A stretch of DNA of 64,000 bases from Eledone cirrhosa. Taxonomy: Eukaryota. The translations under genes were made by a program, and so were the position numbers. Every line of letters starts with the position of its first letter. The stretch's first letter is position 1. The stretch lies in assembly GCA_964016885.1 (NCBI GenBank), contig OZ024742.1:362390001-362454000 (forward strand). The letters run 5' to 3'. Below, piece after piece: positions 12,611 through 26,940 of the stretch. The notes beneath the pieces are model-generated. The model searched no databases, had not been told where the DNA came from, and was given only the letters and a program-made list of their open reading frames with translations.

Positions 12611-14322
12611 ACTTATACCATTAAGTAAAATGCTCAATGAAATAAAACATGGATATAAAGTCTATGACAAAACCATTAATCACTTGTTCTACATGGGTGA
12701 CCTGAAACTATTTGCAAAAAATGATGAACAATTGCAAGGGCTATTATCCACTGTGGAGCAGTTCAGTGATGACATTAAAATGGAGTTTGGACTAGATAAA
12801 TGCGCCAAAGCAACGTTCACCAGAGGAAAGCTGCTGAAGAGTTCAGACATTAATCTTGATCGGGGGAATGTGATAAGAGAACTTGATCAAGAGGAAACTT
12901 ACAAATATCTAGGTGTTTGTGAAGGAGACGGAATCAAGCACTCGACAATGAGGGAAAGGATAAGGAAGGAATGTTACCGCAGAGTAAGAGCAATCTTAAG
13001 AACGGAATTGAATGCAAGGAATGGGATCGATGCCATAAACACGCTTGCCATACCAGTAGTAACCTACAGTTACAATGTCATCAACTGGTCAAGCACAGAG
13101 ATCCGTAGGCTCGATACAAAAATTCGAAAATTCTTAACCATGCACAGAATGCATCACCCTAAGGCAGATACAGATAGAATATATCTCCCTAGGAAAGAAG
13201 GAGGACGTGGGTTAATCCAGTTAGACATTGCGTTGAAAACTGCAACAATTGGATTATCTACATATCTAAGGGAATCACATGATTGGATGATCAAACTCGT
13301 TTTGAAACACGAAAGCATCAAAAGATCATACTCCATTACAAAAGATGCACAAAGATACAGTAATGGACTACAAATTTCCGAAGTCCCATTTACTGCTGAA
13401 ATGGAAAACACAGGAAAAGCAAAGCAGGTAAAAGTAACTGCAAAGAAAGAACTGCTACAGAAACTGGCTAAGAAATGGCAAGAAAAGCCTCTGTATTGGA
13501 AAATACCCAGAACGAGTTAACAATCCTGATGTTGACAAAACTTTAACCCATCAGTGGTTGGCATCCTCTGGACTGAAATCGGAGACTGAAGGACTGATTA
13601 TATCAGCACAAGATCAGTGTCTGCCAACAAAAAATTACCAAGCCAACATAATAAAAAATGGATGCAGCCCATTATGCTGTGTATGTAAAAAACAACCAGA
13701 GACCATTGACCATATAATTTCAATGTGCAGTCCTATAGCTCCAACCGAATACCTAAACAGGCATGACAGAGCTGCACAATACATACATTGGATAATGTGT
13801 AAGCATTTTGACCTGCCCCATAAAAAGAATTGGTGGGAGCATCAACCACCTCCCATACTTGAAAAAGATCACATCTCAATCTTGTGGAACTTTAGCATCC
13901 AAACAGACCGAAAAATAGATGCAAATAGACCTGATATAATATTGAAGGACTTTCAAAAGAGGGTATGCCTGCTAATTGATATGTCTGTTCCAATAGATAA
14001 GAATGTATCTATAAAAACATTTGAAAAATTGAGCAAGTATAAGGACCTGGCGATAGAAATTGGAAAAATGTGGAAATTGAGAACTAAAACAATACCAGGA
14101 AACCCGCGTATAGGAGAAATACAAAAGATAGTACTAATGGGAACTGCCCATATACTAAGGAAGATTCTGTCAATATAAGTACATCACAAGTCTAAACACC
14201 TAAAGATGCATGTGTGAGTATGTATGTGCTTTCTTGAACATGGCGGACCTTGTTGTCTCTTGAGGTCACTGGTTGTGACTTGGTGATAACTCGTATGAAC
14301 ATAAAGCAAGATAAATGCAGCT

Positions 14323-14323
<1 letters not shown>
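12611..14323 (+). mobile_element. R4/Dong-like family A copy A2, 5'-truncated
   Basis: Near-identical to ~9077-10849. YMDD is mutated to YMGD, with a frameshift at ~13497 and a 63-bp deletion at ~14097. Confidence 0.92.
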
Positions 14324-14392
<69 letters not shown>

Positions 14393-14399
<7 letters not shown>

Positions 14400-14560
14400 T
14401 GTTTCCACTTTAAGCACAAGGCCGGTAATTTGAAGGGAGGGTAAAGTATCAAATTGATCCCAGCGCATTACTGGTACTTTATTTTGTGACCCCGTAAGGA
14501 GGAAAGGCAAAGCTAACCTCGGCAGGATTTGAACTCAGAACCTAAAGGGCCATAACTATA
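14393..14560 (-). mobile_element. SINE (same family as 3728-4115), 3' end running into (TTA)n
   Basis: Shares GGATTTGAACTCAGAA, GACCCCGTAAGGA and AATTGTTTC with the other copies. Confidence 0.85.
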
Positions 14561-15343
14561 GCGTGTTGTAGTCCACTTCAAGCATTGCATAATGTCTAGA
14601 CAACAGTTTTCTGTTTGAAAGCTACTATATGCTGAATTGGATTGTAAACGTTAAAATTATAATGAGGTTAGTATGTTACCTTGCCATTGCCTATAGGTCT
14701 ATATATTTCGAGCTAAAATCCACCCAGCAAAAGTAATATAAACATTTTTCTGAGTAGAATACATTTTGTTCCTTATAATCTGCCAACTTTGAATTTCTAA
14801 GTTTTCGAGTGACAAAATATATATACCTCCGAACTACTTTCTTCTTCTACTCTTTTATGAAGGATTTTATCTCCAAATATAAGGACCTTCAACGAACTGT
14901 AGCAGATGTAACATCACATTACTGTTATATTCTTATCCTTTACCATCTAACTCAGCTTGTGGTAGATTTCTAACAATACATTACTTTATTATAATTATAG
15001 ACTGAAGAATCAACAAATAGTTTTTTTGTTATAATCAGCTCAATAGTCAGTCAGGAACAAGAAACATACAAAAAACAAATTGTACCTCAAAATAATTGAT
15101 TTTTAAAGGATGTATTCTTACTTTGAGTTTAAAAAAATAAATGTAAGCCCACGGAAACAAATACAACAACAACAACAAAGAAATCAAATAGAAATTATGA
15201 CGATGGTAAGAGGAAAGAAGGAGAAATCAACAAAAAATATAATAGAAATTTGTTAAAAATAAGCAGCTGGGCAAACCTGAATGATTAGAAAATCAGTTGG
15301 TATGTATGTACATATATATTCAGATATTCACATGTATGTTTGA

Positions 15344-17230
<1,887 letters not shown>

Positions 17231-17570
17231 ATAATAATTTGATTGTAAATTCACAATCCATTTGAATGCAAAATAGTTTTCCTCGAGATACAGCGCACCT
17301 TGAAAATCTTTAGCAGAATTATTGTCATCATCCTTATGATGATGGTCATCATTATTGTCATCATCATCATCATCATCATCTTCATCAACAGTATATTTTT
17401 CATCATCATTACCGTCCTCACCAACATCAATATCATCTTCTTCACCCTCTTCGTTTCTCTTTATTTATATGTTTGTTCTTTTGGACATATTTTCTTTCCT
17501 TGTTTTTTTTTTCCAGAATATTGAATGATTGTATTACTTCTGTTTTTTGTGTAACCTACACACACACACA

Positions 17571-17693
<123 letters not shown>

Positions 17694-17735
17694 GGTTTTT
17701 GATATCCTTGTCTTTCTAATCTTCGTAATAATACC

Positions 17736-17773
<38 letters not shown>

Positions 17774-18193
17774 TAATAATAATAATAATAATAATAATTC
17801 TTGTAATGATCGCCATTCTAATTATTGTCCTCATCATGAGTAGTATCGACAATATCATCATCATCATTAGAGTCCTCGTATTTTATAATCACCATTATCA
17901 CGATCACCATGACCACCTCCATTAATATCATTATTATAATCATCTTCCTTAAAAACTTCCTCATTTAGTTTTATAATAATTAATAATACCAATTATTCTC
18001 ATAAAATCATATACTAGACGATTGTCTTTTAATTATTTTGAAATTTAAAACTTCACCAGTCTCTCTATCTATATATACACACACTCGCATACATACAAGC
18101 ACACAGATACACACACACACATCTATATATATGTATACATGTGTGTATATATATACACACACACACACACATACATATATATATGAAGATATA

Positions 18194-18254
<61 letters not shown>

Positions 18255-18740
18255 ATTTATACTTGTATATATATAAATATACACATATACATATATATAC
18301 TTATATATATAGATATGCGCACGCACGCACACTTACACAACTATATATATATGTATAGCTGCTTGAACAACTACCATATGGTGCATATATTTCTTGTTTC
18401 TTGTTAATAATGTATTTCTTTATCAATAAGTTTTCTTCAAATCGATCGATAAGTCCAAATGACATTCCTTTTTGATTTTACTTATTACACTTTTCCTCTT
18501 TTACAGATAATTTCAGTTGTTTTCTTGTTTTGTTTTTATACAAATTTCACAACCATTTTTATGTGTCAATAACTAACACGTCAATGAGCATAGAAAGCGA
18601 CGTTGTTGTATTCAATACAAGAGATCTTGTAAGAAAGCTTTGATACTAAGAAGCAACAGTGGTAGCAACATTGAGCGGTGGCATCATATAACCAAAATAC
18701 ACTGACACACACTTATATATGTTACAAAGACTCGGGGCCC

Positions 18741-18874
18741 GATGGCTGAGCTCTTGCCGTTTCGACAACTAATTCCAGTCTGATAACAGACAGACATATA
18801 TTAGACTGGCCATTTAATCATATATTTGTTAACAGTACAGAAGTATCTGTCGAAACGGCAAGAGCTCAGCCGTC
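18741..18874. repeat. 27-bp inverted repeat with degenerate hammerhead-like motif
   Basis: 18741-18767 matches the reverse complement of 18848-18874 with one mismatch. Related sequence at ~1107-1141. Confidence 0.75.
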
Positions 18875-19234
18875 TTACCCCTACTCTTTCTAATTCAGTT
18901 ACAATCTATTATCCCAAGTATTGAATACTCTGTTGAATAATGGTCTAACTTGTTTATAACTGGTTTAGTTATATATATATATAATTCGTTTTATATTTTG
19001 TTTGTGTGTGAATATAAATGACAGGCAAGAATAAAAAGAGGAATATTTAACGGAATGTATGAAAGAAAAAAGACAGAATATGGGAACATTTGCACATCTA
19101 TTCATATCATTGAAACTTTCAACTAGGGGATTTGATCTGAAGCTATACATTATAGCAGATATATTTCTAAATTTTCATTGTAGTCTTGTTATCTACGTCG
19201 TGTGCGTACATTTACACATGCATACATACAAATA

Positions 19235-19286
<52 letters not shown>

Positions 19287-19616
19287 TATATACATATATA
19301 TTATTGTGTCGTCTGTTTTTTTTTATTCAATTCATATTTTGGATATCCGTAAATTCAATGAGAAATTTCGGATGTAGTGAGTGACAAAAGAGTTTTCCTA
19401 CATTGATGTACGTAACATATATAGAGAACAATATATTCTCAAGTACACACACAGTCATATCTGTGTGTTTGTGTGTATATGTGTGTACCTGTGCGCGTGT
19501 CGTTGATGTGTATTTGTATATACTTAAAAAAAGCATTACTATTTCAGTGTTATATATATATTTGAACATGCATATATATATATATATATATATATACATA
19601 CGTACACACACACACG

Positions 19617-19661
<45 letters not shown>

Positions 19662-20149
19662 CAAGAAATGATTATCTCAGCAATTTCCAAAGAAGACTGC
19701 CACACTAATATTATATAAGGTGAGCCAAATAATGTCGCTTATATATTTAATATTCTACATAAAAATTTGGAGAGTTTCGTTAGGCGGTAAATAGAATGTC
19801 TTAATTATGTGTATTTAAACCTGATATTGTTTAGAGGAAACTCAAGCAAAACAATTATAATTAATTGTAGACTTTTGTGTACAGTTTTGTTTACACCGTG
19901 CTCTTCTATATATTTTTCAGTGTGTATACTCTGAAAAATAAATAGAAGACCGTTACATATATATATATATATATAGATATAGATAGGTAAATATACACGG
20001 GTGTGTATGATTGTGTATAGAAGATTATATTAATAAGAGGAATTCCAACTTTGTCTGATTTACTCGTTTTATTTACAATCCTTTAAAATATATATAATAT
20101 GGTATTATAATGAAATAGTATGATAGAATATTAAATTCTAAGTGTTAAT

Positions 20150-20188
20150 TGAACAAGTACTTTCATGCTTTCGCAATCTTCAGGTTCA
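20150..20188 (-). ncRNA. Minimal type I hammerhead ribozyme motif (mirror copy)
   Basis: Reverse complement of 20262-20300. Confidence 0.7.
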
Positions 20189-20261
20189 TGATATGTGGTG
20201 ACAGTCGAGTTTGCAATTTTCAACTGTTGAAAATTGCAAACTCGACTGTCACCACATATCA

Positions 20262-20300
20262 TGAACCTGAAGATTGCGAAAGCATGAAAGTACTTGTTCA
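20262..20300 (+). ncRNA. Minimal type I hammerhead ribozyme motif
   Basis: TGAAC CTGAAGA T-TGC-GAAA-GCA-T GAAA GTAC TT GTTCA: helix I TGAAC/GTTCA, CUGANGA core, GNRA-capped helix II, palindromic GTAC loop in helix III. Confidence 0.7.
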
Positions 20301-20419
20301 ATTAACACTTAGAATTTAATATTCTATCATACTATTTCATTATAATACCATATTATATATATTTTAAAGGATTGTAAATAAAACGAGTAAATCAGACAAA
20401 GTTGGAATTCCTCTTATTA

Positions 20420-20455
<36 letters not shown>

Positions 20456-20491
20456 CTTCTACTTATTTATACACACACACAGAGATATAAA

Positions 20492-20579
<88 letters not shown>

Positions 20580-20727
20580 TGTTTATATAGAATAATGAGG
20601 AAAAATATAATGATTATTCATTGCAAATTATTAAACATATTGTAACAAAAATTTTACTCCTCTGAAATTGTATTTTAACTTTAGTGACTTTTTTTCATCC
20701 ACATTACAAATATGCCGCAGAATATAT

Positions 20728-20777
<50 letters not shown>

Positions 20778-21017
20778 TACTACTTACATTTAAATAATTG
20801 TAATGACATAAGTTTATTTAAGGTTGGGTAATCATTTCTCTAAGAACTTAAAATATTTTCTAGACGAAATATTTCATTTTCTTATTTAAATATTTGTCTT
20901 TTAATTTCCTTAGTCTTTGTATTTTTATTTTAGTTCTTCACTTTCCTACTAACTTTATCGCTTTAATTACTTTTCCTTATTTATTGTTGTGGCGTGGATA
21001 AAGTTTATTGTACAGAC

Positions 21018-21150
21018 TCCAGTACATTGCTGGAAGTTACTTTTATGGAAACGAGAATGATGGGACGCAAAGTTGTCCTCGGTCAGATTTTAAATCAAAA
21101 CTAAAACGACCGTAACTAGATGCCACAAACAATTTTGTCCAATGTTCAAC
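21018..21150 (-). mobile_element. Old degenerate SINE copy
   Basis: Loose similarity (CCAGTACATT..., AAAGTTGTCCTCGG..GATTTTAAATC, CCGTAACTA) to 3728-3917. Confidence 0.5.
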
Positions 21151-21861
21151 TGGTTTTCTGAATTGTGGTGATAGTTCTATCAGAATTTAATGGATATTGA
21201 CACTCAACCCGAACAGCCATGTAATCTCTTAATGCTTGGAACAATAACAACTTTAAGGTAATATAATTTTAAAATGTTAAATATAATTTGAAATTTATTT
21301 GCTATTATTATGAAAAAGGCTGTCCTGATTCATATATTGAATATTAAACAATCACAGCCCTCCGGCATGTGGCTGATATGGAGTTTGATTCCCTCAAGCG
21401 TTTCTTTTCACTTATTGACGCCTCCAATTTCAATTTACCGGACTCATTTAACTACTTTATAATTAATATATAAATTGTGGTAGCGTTTCATAATAAAACA
21501 AATAAATCTAAAATGTTCATTTCATTAAATATATTATTTATTCAAATTAAAACATAATCTGTTTACTTAAGTCTTCCTCTAGCCTAGAAATACTTTTCCG
21601 TAGTCTTTAATACAGAATGCATATGCAATTCCAAATAAAACGAAGCGCCAGTATATATAAACCCTCGATTTCGTAATATTGTGTGAATTAGAACACTGGC
21701 AAATATCATATTTGTAAATCGTTGAAGTTGTTTTTGTTTGTTGTTATTTTACCTTTCATGTAAGGGAACTATAGTAAGTAGAGAGTTCATCAAATATTTA
21801 CGAGAAAACAAAAATAACACCCGGATACGAAGCTAAATAACCAGAACTCCACATACGAAAC

Positions 21862-21974
21862 TTCTTACTTCACTATTTACGTTCTTACTTCTTACTTCTT
21901 ACTTCTTACTTCACTATTTACGTTCTTACTTCTTACTTCACTATTTACGTTCTTACTTCTTACTTCACTATTTA
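21862..21974. repeat. Compound minisatellite (TTCTTAC)n / TTCACTATTTACG
   Basis: Directly visible. Confidence 0.85.
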
Positions 21975-22150
21975 GTTCTAACAATATTCCATCTTATCCT
22001 GAGAACTCTTTCTATGGACATGAAGGATATGATCCTCATTTCCAAAATACTGAGATTTCGTTGAGGCGTAATGTGGTTGATGCATTAAATATAAAGACTG
22101 ATTACGTAAAACCTGATTATATAATGGATTTCCCAGTAAGAAGATAAATT

Positions 22151-22691
22151 CAAACATACTTTAGTCTCTATGACACCAAACATACTTTAGTCTCTATGAC
22201 ACCAAACATATTTTAGTCTCTATGACACCAAACATACTTTAGTCTCTATGACACCAAACATACATTAGTCTTTATGACACCAAACATAGTTTAGTCTTTA
22301 TGACACCAAACATACTTTAGTCTCTATGACACCAAACATACTTTAGTCTTTATGACACCAAGCATACTTTAGTCTCTATGACACCAAACATACTTTAGTC
22401 TTTATGACACCAAGCATACTTTAGTCTTTATGACACCAATCATACTTTAGTCTTTATGACACCAAAGATAGTTTAGTCTTTATGACACAAAACATACTTT
22501 AGTCTCTATGACACCAAACATAGTTTAATCTTTATGAGACCAAACATAGTTTAGTCTCTATGACACCAAACATAGTTTAATCTTTATGACACCAAAGATA
22601 GTCTAGTCTTTATGAGACCAAACATAGTTTTGTCTTTATGACACCAAAGATAGTTTAGTCTTTATACATAGTTTAATCTATGACACCAAAC
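22151..22691. repeat. 26-bp minisatellite, ~20 copies
   Basis: Unit CAAACATACTTTAGTCTCTATGACAC at 22151, 22177, and onward. Confidence 0.95.
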
Positions 22692-23334
22692 CACCTGGAA
22701 CTGCATCTGGTTCTATGATATAAAATTGTTTTAAAGCTTCCATCCTAATTTTATGTAATAAACTTAGTTTATGTTCCAGACACTAACTTTATAATGAGGA
22801 AGTTAGTTGTATTCTTAAAACAATTCAAATTTTTAATTATTTTCACACTTAATTGAAAACCATGTGGAGTGTTATTCATTAGAAATATAGGAAATAATTA
22901 ACGCCGAGGGAAATATAGATAGTTAAGAGATAGTCACGTGGGCAGTATACTGCTCACAGAAACATGTTAAGTATGGTTAGAAAACTAAATGTTTCACTGT
23001 ATATCAAAGTTTAAGCTAGAAAACCAATTTGCAAAGTATATAACGCTTTAGTTTAGCATCGTTATGAAAGTGAGAATAAATATGTATTTAGTTTTAAGAA
23101 ATTCCAACAGCTCACATAAATACTCGTTGATAAACGAATATATTTTGTCATTACACGGAGTTTATATTCCCCTATTTTGCTAATGAATGTGCTAAAATAA
23201 ACTGCTTCTATTTAGGAATTCAAAGTCTATCACACTTATAAAAATAAATCGCATTCTATGAAAGCCTGTGGAAATGTATATACTTATACACTCATATATT
23301 CATGTACAAAACATATTCGCTCAGACATTGCACT

Positions 23335-23400
23335 AAAATAAAGTACCAGTAATGCACTGGGTAATTGCTGGCCTTGTGCCTAAAGTAGAAACAATTATTT
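23335..23400 (+). mobile_element. SINE 3' fragment
   Basis: AAAATAAAGTACCAGT...GGCCTTGTGCCTAAAGTAGAAACAATTATTT is the reverse complement of ~3929-3995. Confidence 0.8.
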
Positions 23401-24417
23401 CAATACAGAGACTACAGCAGAGCTATGTATTAAAACATTCATCGGCATTTTGCTTTGCCCCCCTCCCTCCCTCTACATTTACTAGGGATGAAATAGAAAG
23501 CCCATCATTTGTTTATACATCTTATATAAAAACATATGTTGCATGTAAAGATCTAGGAATTGAATGAGAACGATTTACTGGTTGGGTATTCATGAACCTT
23601 CCAACATAATTTTAGTTTCAAGATGGCTGATTATCCACATTATTTTAACAACCCACAAATGTTGTTATGTAAAATAAGAAATCTTAATGTTTATTTTTTT
23701 CGATTTTCAAAATTTAGAATTATATTGGTTATATCAATAATTTAAAGTGAATGGCATATCACTTTCAAAACTTTAATTTTGACAGTATTTTAAATATAAT
23801 TTGTTTGTGTTTTTTTTACAAAAATTCCACTTATGATGTGAAGTAAAAATTTTGTCTTTGTTCTTTTTAATTTGGTTTAAATTTGCTGAAGTATTTTTAC
23901 TTCTTTTGTTTTCAAGGTTGTAGTTTCAGTGAAAGGATGTTTAGAAATATTACTACTAGAATATTAACTTAAAGAAAGGGCTTACATACTGGAAGTAATA
24001 ACATGTTTTGTTACAAACTAAATTTAAATTAAGAGATTTATTAGTATTTTCAAAATATATTTTATGTTTAAATATGTTTTCCTCATCATTGATTTCTATT
24101 CTCTGCCGTCATTTATTTATACACAACGCACAGAGGAACATGTAAATATTTTATATCCTTCTTTAAGGTAATTTATTGTAAATTTGGGTGTGAGGTTAAA
24201 AACAGGATAAACAACCAAAATAAATTACACAAACAAATCGAAACAAATAGAAAGTAAGTTATAAATAAAATACTTTGGGAAAATAAATTATTTTGGATAT
24301 TTTTACCTGCTACCACATATTTCTTCTGAAATCAATATGTCTGACAACAACTCGTGGTGTTTTGTGTCTATCACTTAGGCCTACTCTTTTCTGTTGCTTC
24401 CTTCCTAACTCTCTATC

Positions 24418-25040
24418 TCAGAAATGCGTTAGTTTGAACCGTGTTAATGGTGATATTACAAGGACTGCTAACGTAGAGACAGACGTTCCAATTAGAAATA
24501 TCCAAAAGAGTATTCTGTCGACAACTTGAGCTACACGCCTCCATTCCTGCATCATTTCATAATCTCTGTCTTCTCTCTCGTGTTTGTCAATGATTCGTCG
24601 CAGGGCTTTCAATATTTCTTCGTTGGTGCGCGCGTGAGACCAGGAGGTCCGCTCTGAATGTTTTAAATTGTTTTCGTTCTGGTGAACATTATGCAAGCAC
24701 TCGGATCTTTCGGCAATCCGCGTGCCATGACATTCCACTACTGTAACTGTGTCGGTGATCTTGCTGTCTAACTGGATTTCACTTTGAAGTTCTTGAGCAA
24801 TATTTTCAAGAGTGAGTTTCAGTGAGACATTCCGAATGAAGTGTCCATCATCGGAATAGCAGTGGCTGTAGGACGGTTCACTGCTGACACAGAAAAAGTG
24901 TGAGAGCTTTTCGAGGAAAACCTTTCGTATCCAGATGGGGACACCATGCTTACTTGGTCCTCGATGATGTAGGTTTAAAACTAGAACTGTCATAATGACA
25001 GAAACTGAAGTCAAGGACATAACAATAGTCAGATATATAC
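24418..25040 (-). CDS. Nicotinic acetylcholine receptor alpha subunit (alpha9/10-like), terminal coding exon: TM3, cytoplasmic loop, TM4
   Basis: Acceptor ttttcAG at 25042-25041 is phase-compatible with the upstream exon (VPLI-S-IYLTIVMSLTSVSVIMTVLVLNLHHR). EWRRVAQVVDRILFWIF TM4 motif; TGA at 24420-24418. Confidence 0.95.
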
Positions 25041-25343
25041 CTGAAAATATAGAGAAAAGATAGAAAAAGTTTCATTCAAAATATTTTCCACAAACATATA
25101 TTCTGTCGGAACTGAAAGGTAAAAACATTGTAAATGCTTTAATATCTGTTTACATGGTTTTAAAAATTTATTGCTGAATAAAATGTTGGCATATTTATTA
25201 TTGGTAATGTTTAGATGGTGCAAAATGTTTGCATTATATGGACTTAATTTTGGATTTAAATTCATGTTTCTTATTAAATATTCATGTTTCAAACATTGTA
25301 GTAAATATATTCAATATGAGCTTTTTTTAAAATTTCATTTTGT

Positions 25344-25450
25344 GCAGGCGTGTGTCTTAGTGGGTAGCGTGTTTCACTCGTGATCGTAATCTTGTAAGTT
25401 TAATTCCCAGCAGGACATTGTGTCCGGGAGCAAGACACTTTAATCCACTA
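25344..25450 (+). mobile_element. Second tRNA-derived SINE family, degenerate
   Basis: TAGTGGGTAGCG box A-like, GTTTAATTCCC box B-like, then GTGTCCGGGAGCAAGACACTTTAATCCAC. Confidence 0.5.
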
Positions 25451-25708
25451 GGCTGGACATATTAAGTTGTAAATATTATTCAAATAGCCAACATTATCAC
25501 TCGCTATAGCGCCTTACATAAAGGTTGCGGGTGTTTCATGAATGCTCAGCAACTTGTTAACATTACTATTGTACGTTTCTTTAGCCATCTAGTACATGTT
25601 TCGACAGATCATTTAGTACAAAATTGTTCCAAGTTTATATTTTAATGGACGGCTACACTCATGATAACGCCTAATCGTGTATACATACATACATACATAT
25701 ATATATAT

Positions 25709-25761
25709 ATGGAAACTATATTTATAAAACCATATTTATTCTATTATATATATTTCAAGGG
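25709..25761 (-). mobile_element. PLE 3'-terminal fragment related to 1341-1393 / 3522-3574
   Basis: ATGGAAACTATATTTATAAAACCATATTTATT..TATTTCAAGG abutting (TA)n. Confidence 0.75.
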
Positions 25762-26003
25762 TACCAACAATTTTGATACGCTATCATCAGATAAAATAAA
25801 AAATGTTTTATAAATATTTGGATAATATACCTTAAAAAAACGCAATAGATATTTTTCATATGTAAACGAAACTTCCTATGAATATAAATATACATATATA
25901 TATATATATATAATGAAAAATTGAACGGGAACAAAACAGAGAGGCAGTACAAACAAATGTTTATTAATTTCACGCTCTTGAGAGTGCGGTGGTGGTGGGG
26001 AAC

Positions 26004-26032
26004 GACGTTTCGGGCATAAGCCCTTCTTCAGG
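26004..26032 (-). ncRNA. Minimal HHR-like core in PLE pseudo-LTR fragment (~25912-26232)
   Basis: Minus strand reads CCTGAAGAA-GGGC-TTAT-GCCC-GAAACGTC with AATAAA ~40 nt downstream. Helix I is not evident. Confidence 0.55.
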
Positions 26033-26231
26033 TGAAAAGTGTGTGGGAAGAGAGTTCAAAGGGTGTGTAGGGGAGTGGTGGAGAGACATATAGCAAAAAG
26101 GAGGTGAGAGGAAACGGTGCAAATGAAATTAAAATTAAAGGCATGATCAAAATAAAATTAAAATGGGGTAAAACAGGTGGTGGAAGAGTGTGGGGCGTGT
26201 AGGGGTGGTGGCGGGTGGAGTGGGGAGAGGG

Positions 26232-26273
<42 letters not shown>

Positions 26274-26316
26274 ACGTGCGCGCGCGTGTGTATCTATCTG
26301 TCTAGCTATCTGTCTC

Positions 26317-26396
<80 letters not shown>

Positions 26397-26514
26397 TATA
26401 CATATATGTGTTCAACTCATAAGAGACCAGATTCGCTATACCATGAGCGTTATTATATATACGCACACTATTCAGTTTTCTGATATACTTAGAAGTGACC
26501 AGGATACTAATTCT

Positions 26515-26594
26515 TCACCCACTGACGAGCAAGAATCGGTAGTCCACTTCACAATTAATTTGCGAAACAGCATAGCCGAACGCTGTCTGGGTGA
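26515..26594 (+). ncRNA. Full type I hammerhead ribozyme
   Basis: Helix I TCACCCA/TGGGTGA; CTGACGA; helix II GCAA/TTGC; GAAA; helix III ACAGC/GCTGT; GUC cleavage triplet ending at 26587. Confidence 0.85.
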
Positions 26595-26940
26595 TTGGTA
26601 GTTACCACAATTCTGGTTTGTATTTATTTTCTTGATTTATTCTTAAATTGAGTCTGGCAAACCTTATTGTCCATAGTTAGTATTTTTTTCACCTTAGCGA
26701 ATCTGGTCCTTTACGATTTGAACAAATGTATGTAAATATCTGTGTTTATCTTTCTTTTATATTCAATTATGATATACGGCTCGGAAAAATCTCTTTCCTA
26801 GAGCTATTTTATTGTAAGAGACTATTTTGAGTTTCTAACTCAATATATACCTTTGATATATATATATATACAGGTAGAACACTGGAAGGTAATATCCGTA
26901 GTGGTAGAGCACTCAGTCCATGGGACAAGTTAGGTAGAAT

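Larger units (their letters stand above)
20026..20424. repeat. Perfect palindrome, 199-bp arms with 1-nt centre (20225); fold-back PLE pseudo-LTR
   Basis: Arms are exact reverse complements by eye around CAAC-T-GTTG. Confidence 0.95.

Noticed and set aside
22151-22691. 26-bp repeat as a CRISPR array
   Set aside because: Head-to-tail units without spacers; an ordinary minisatellite
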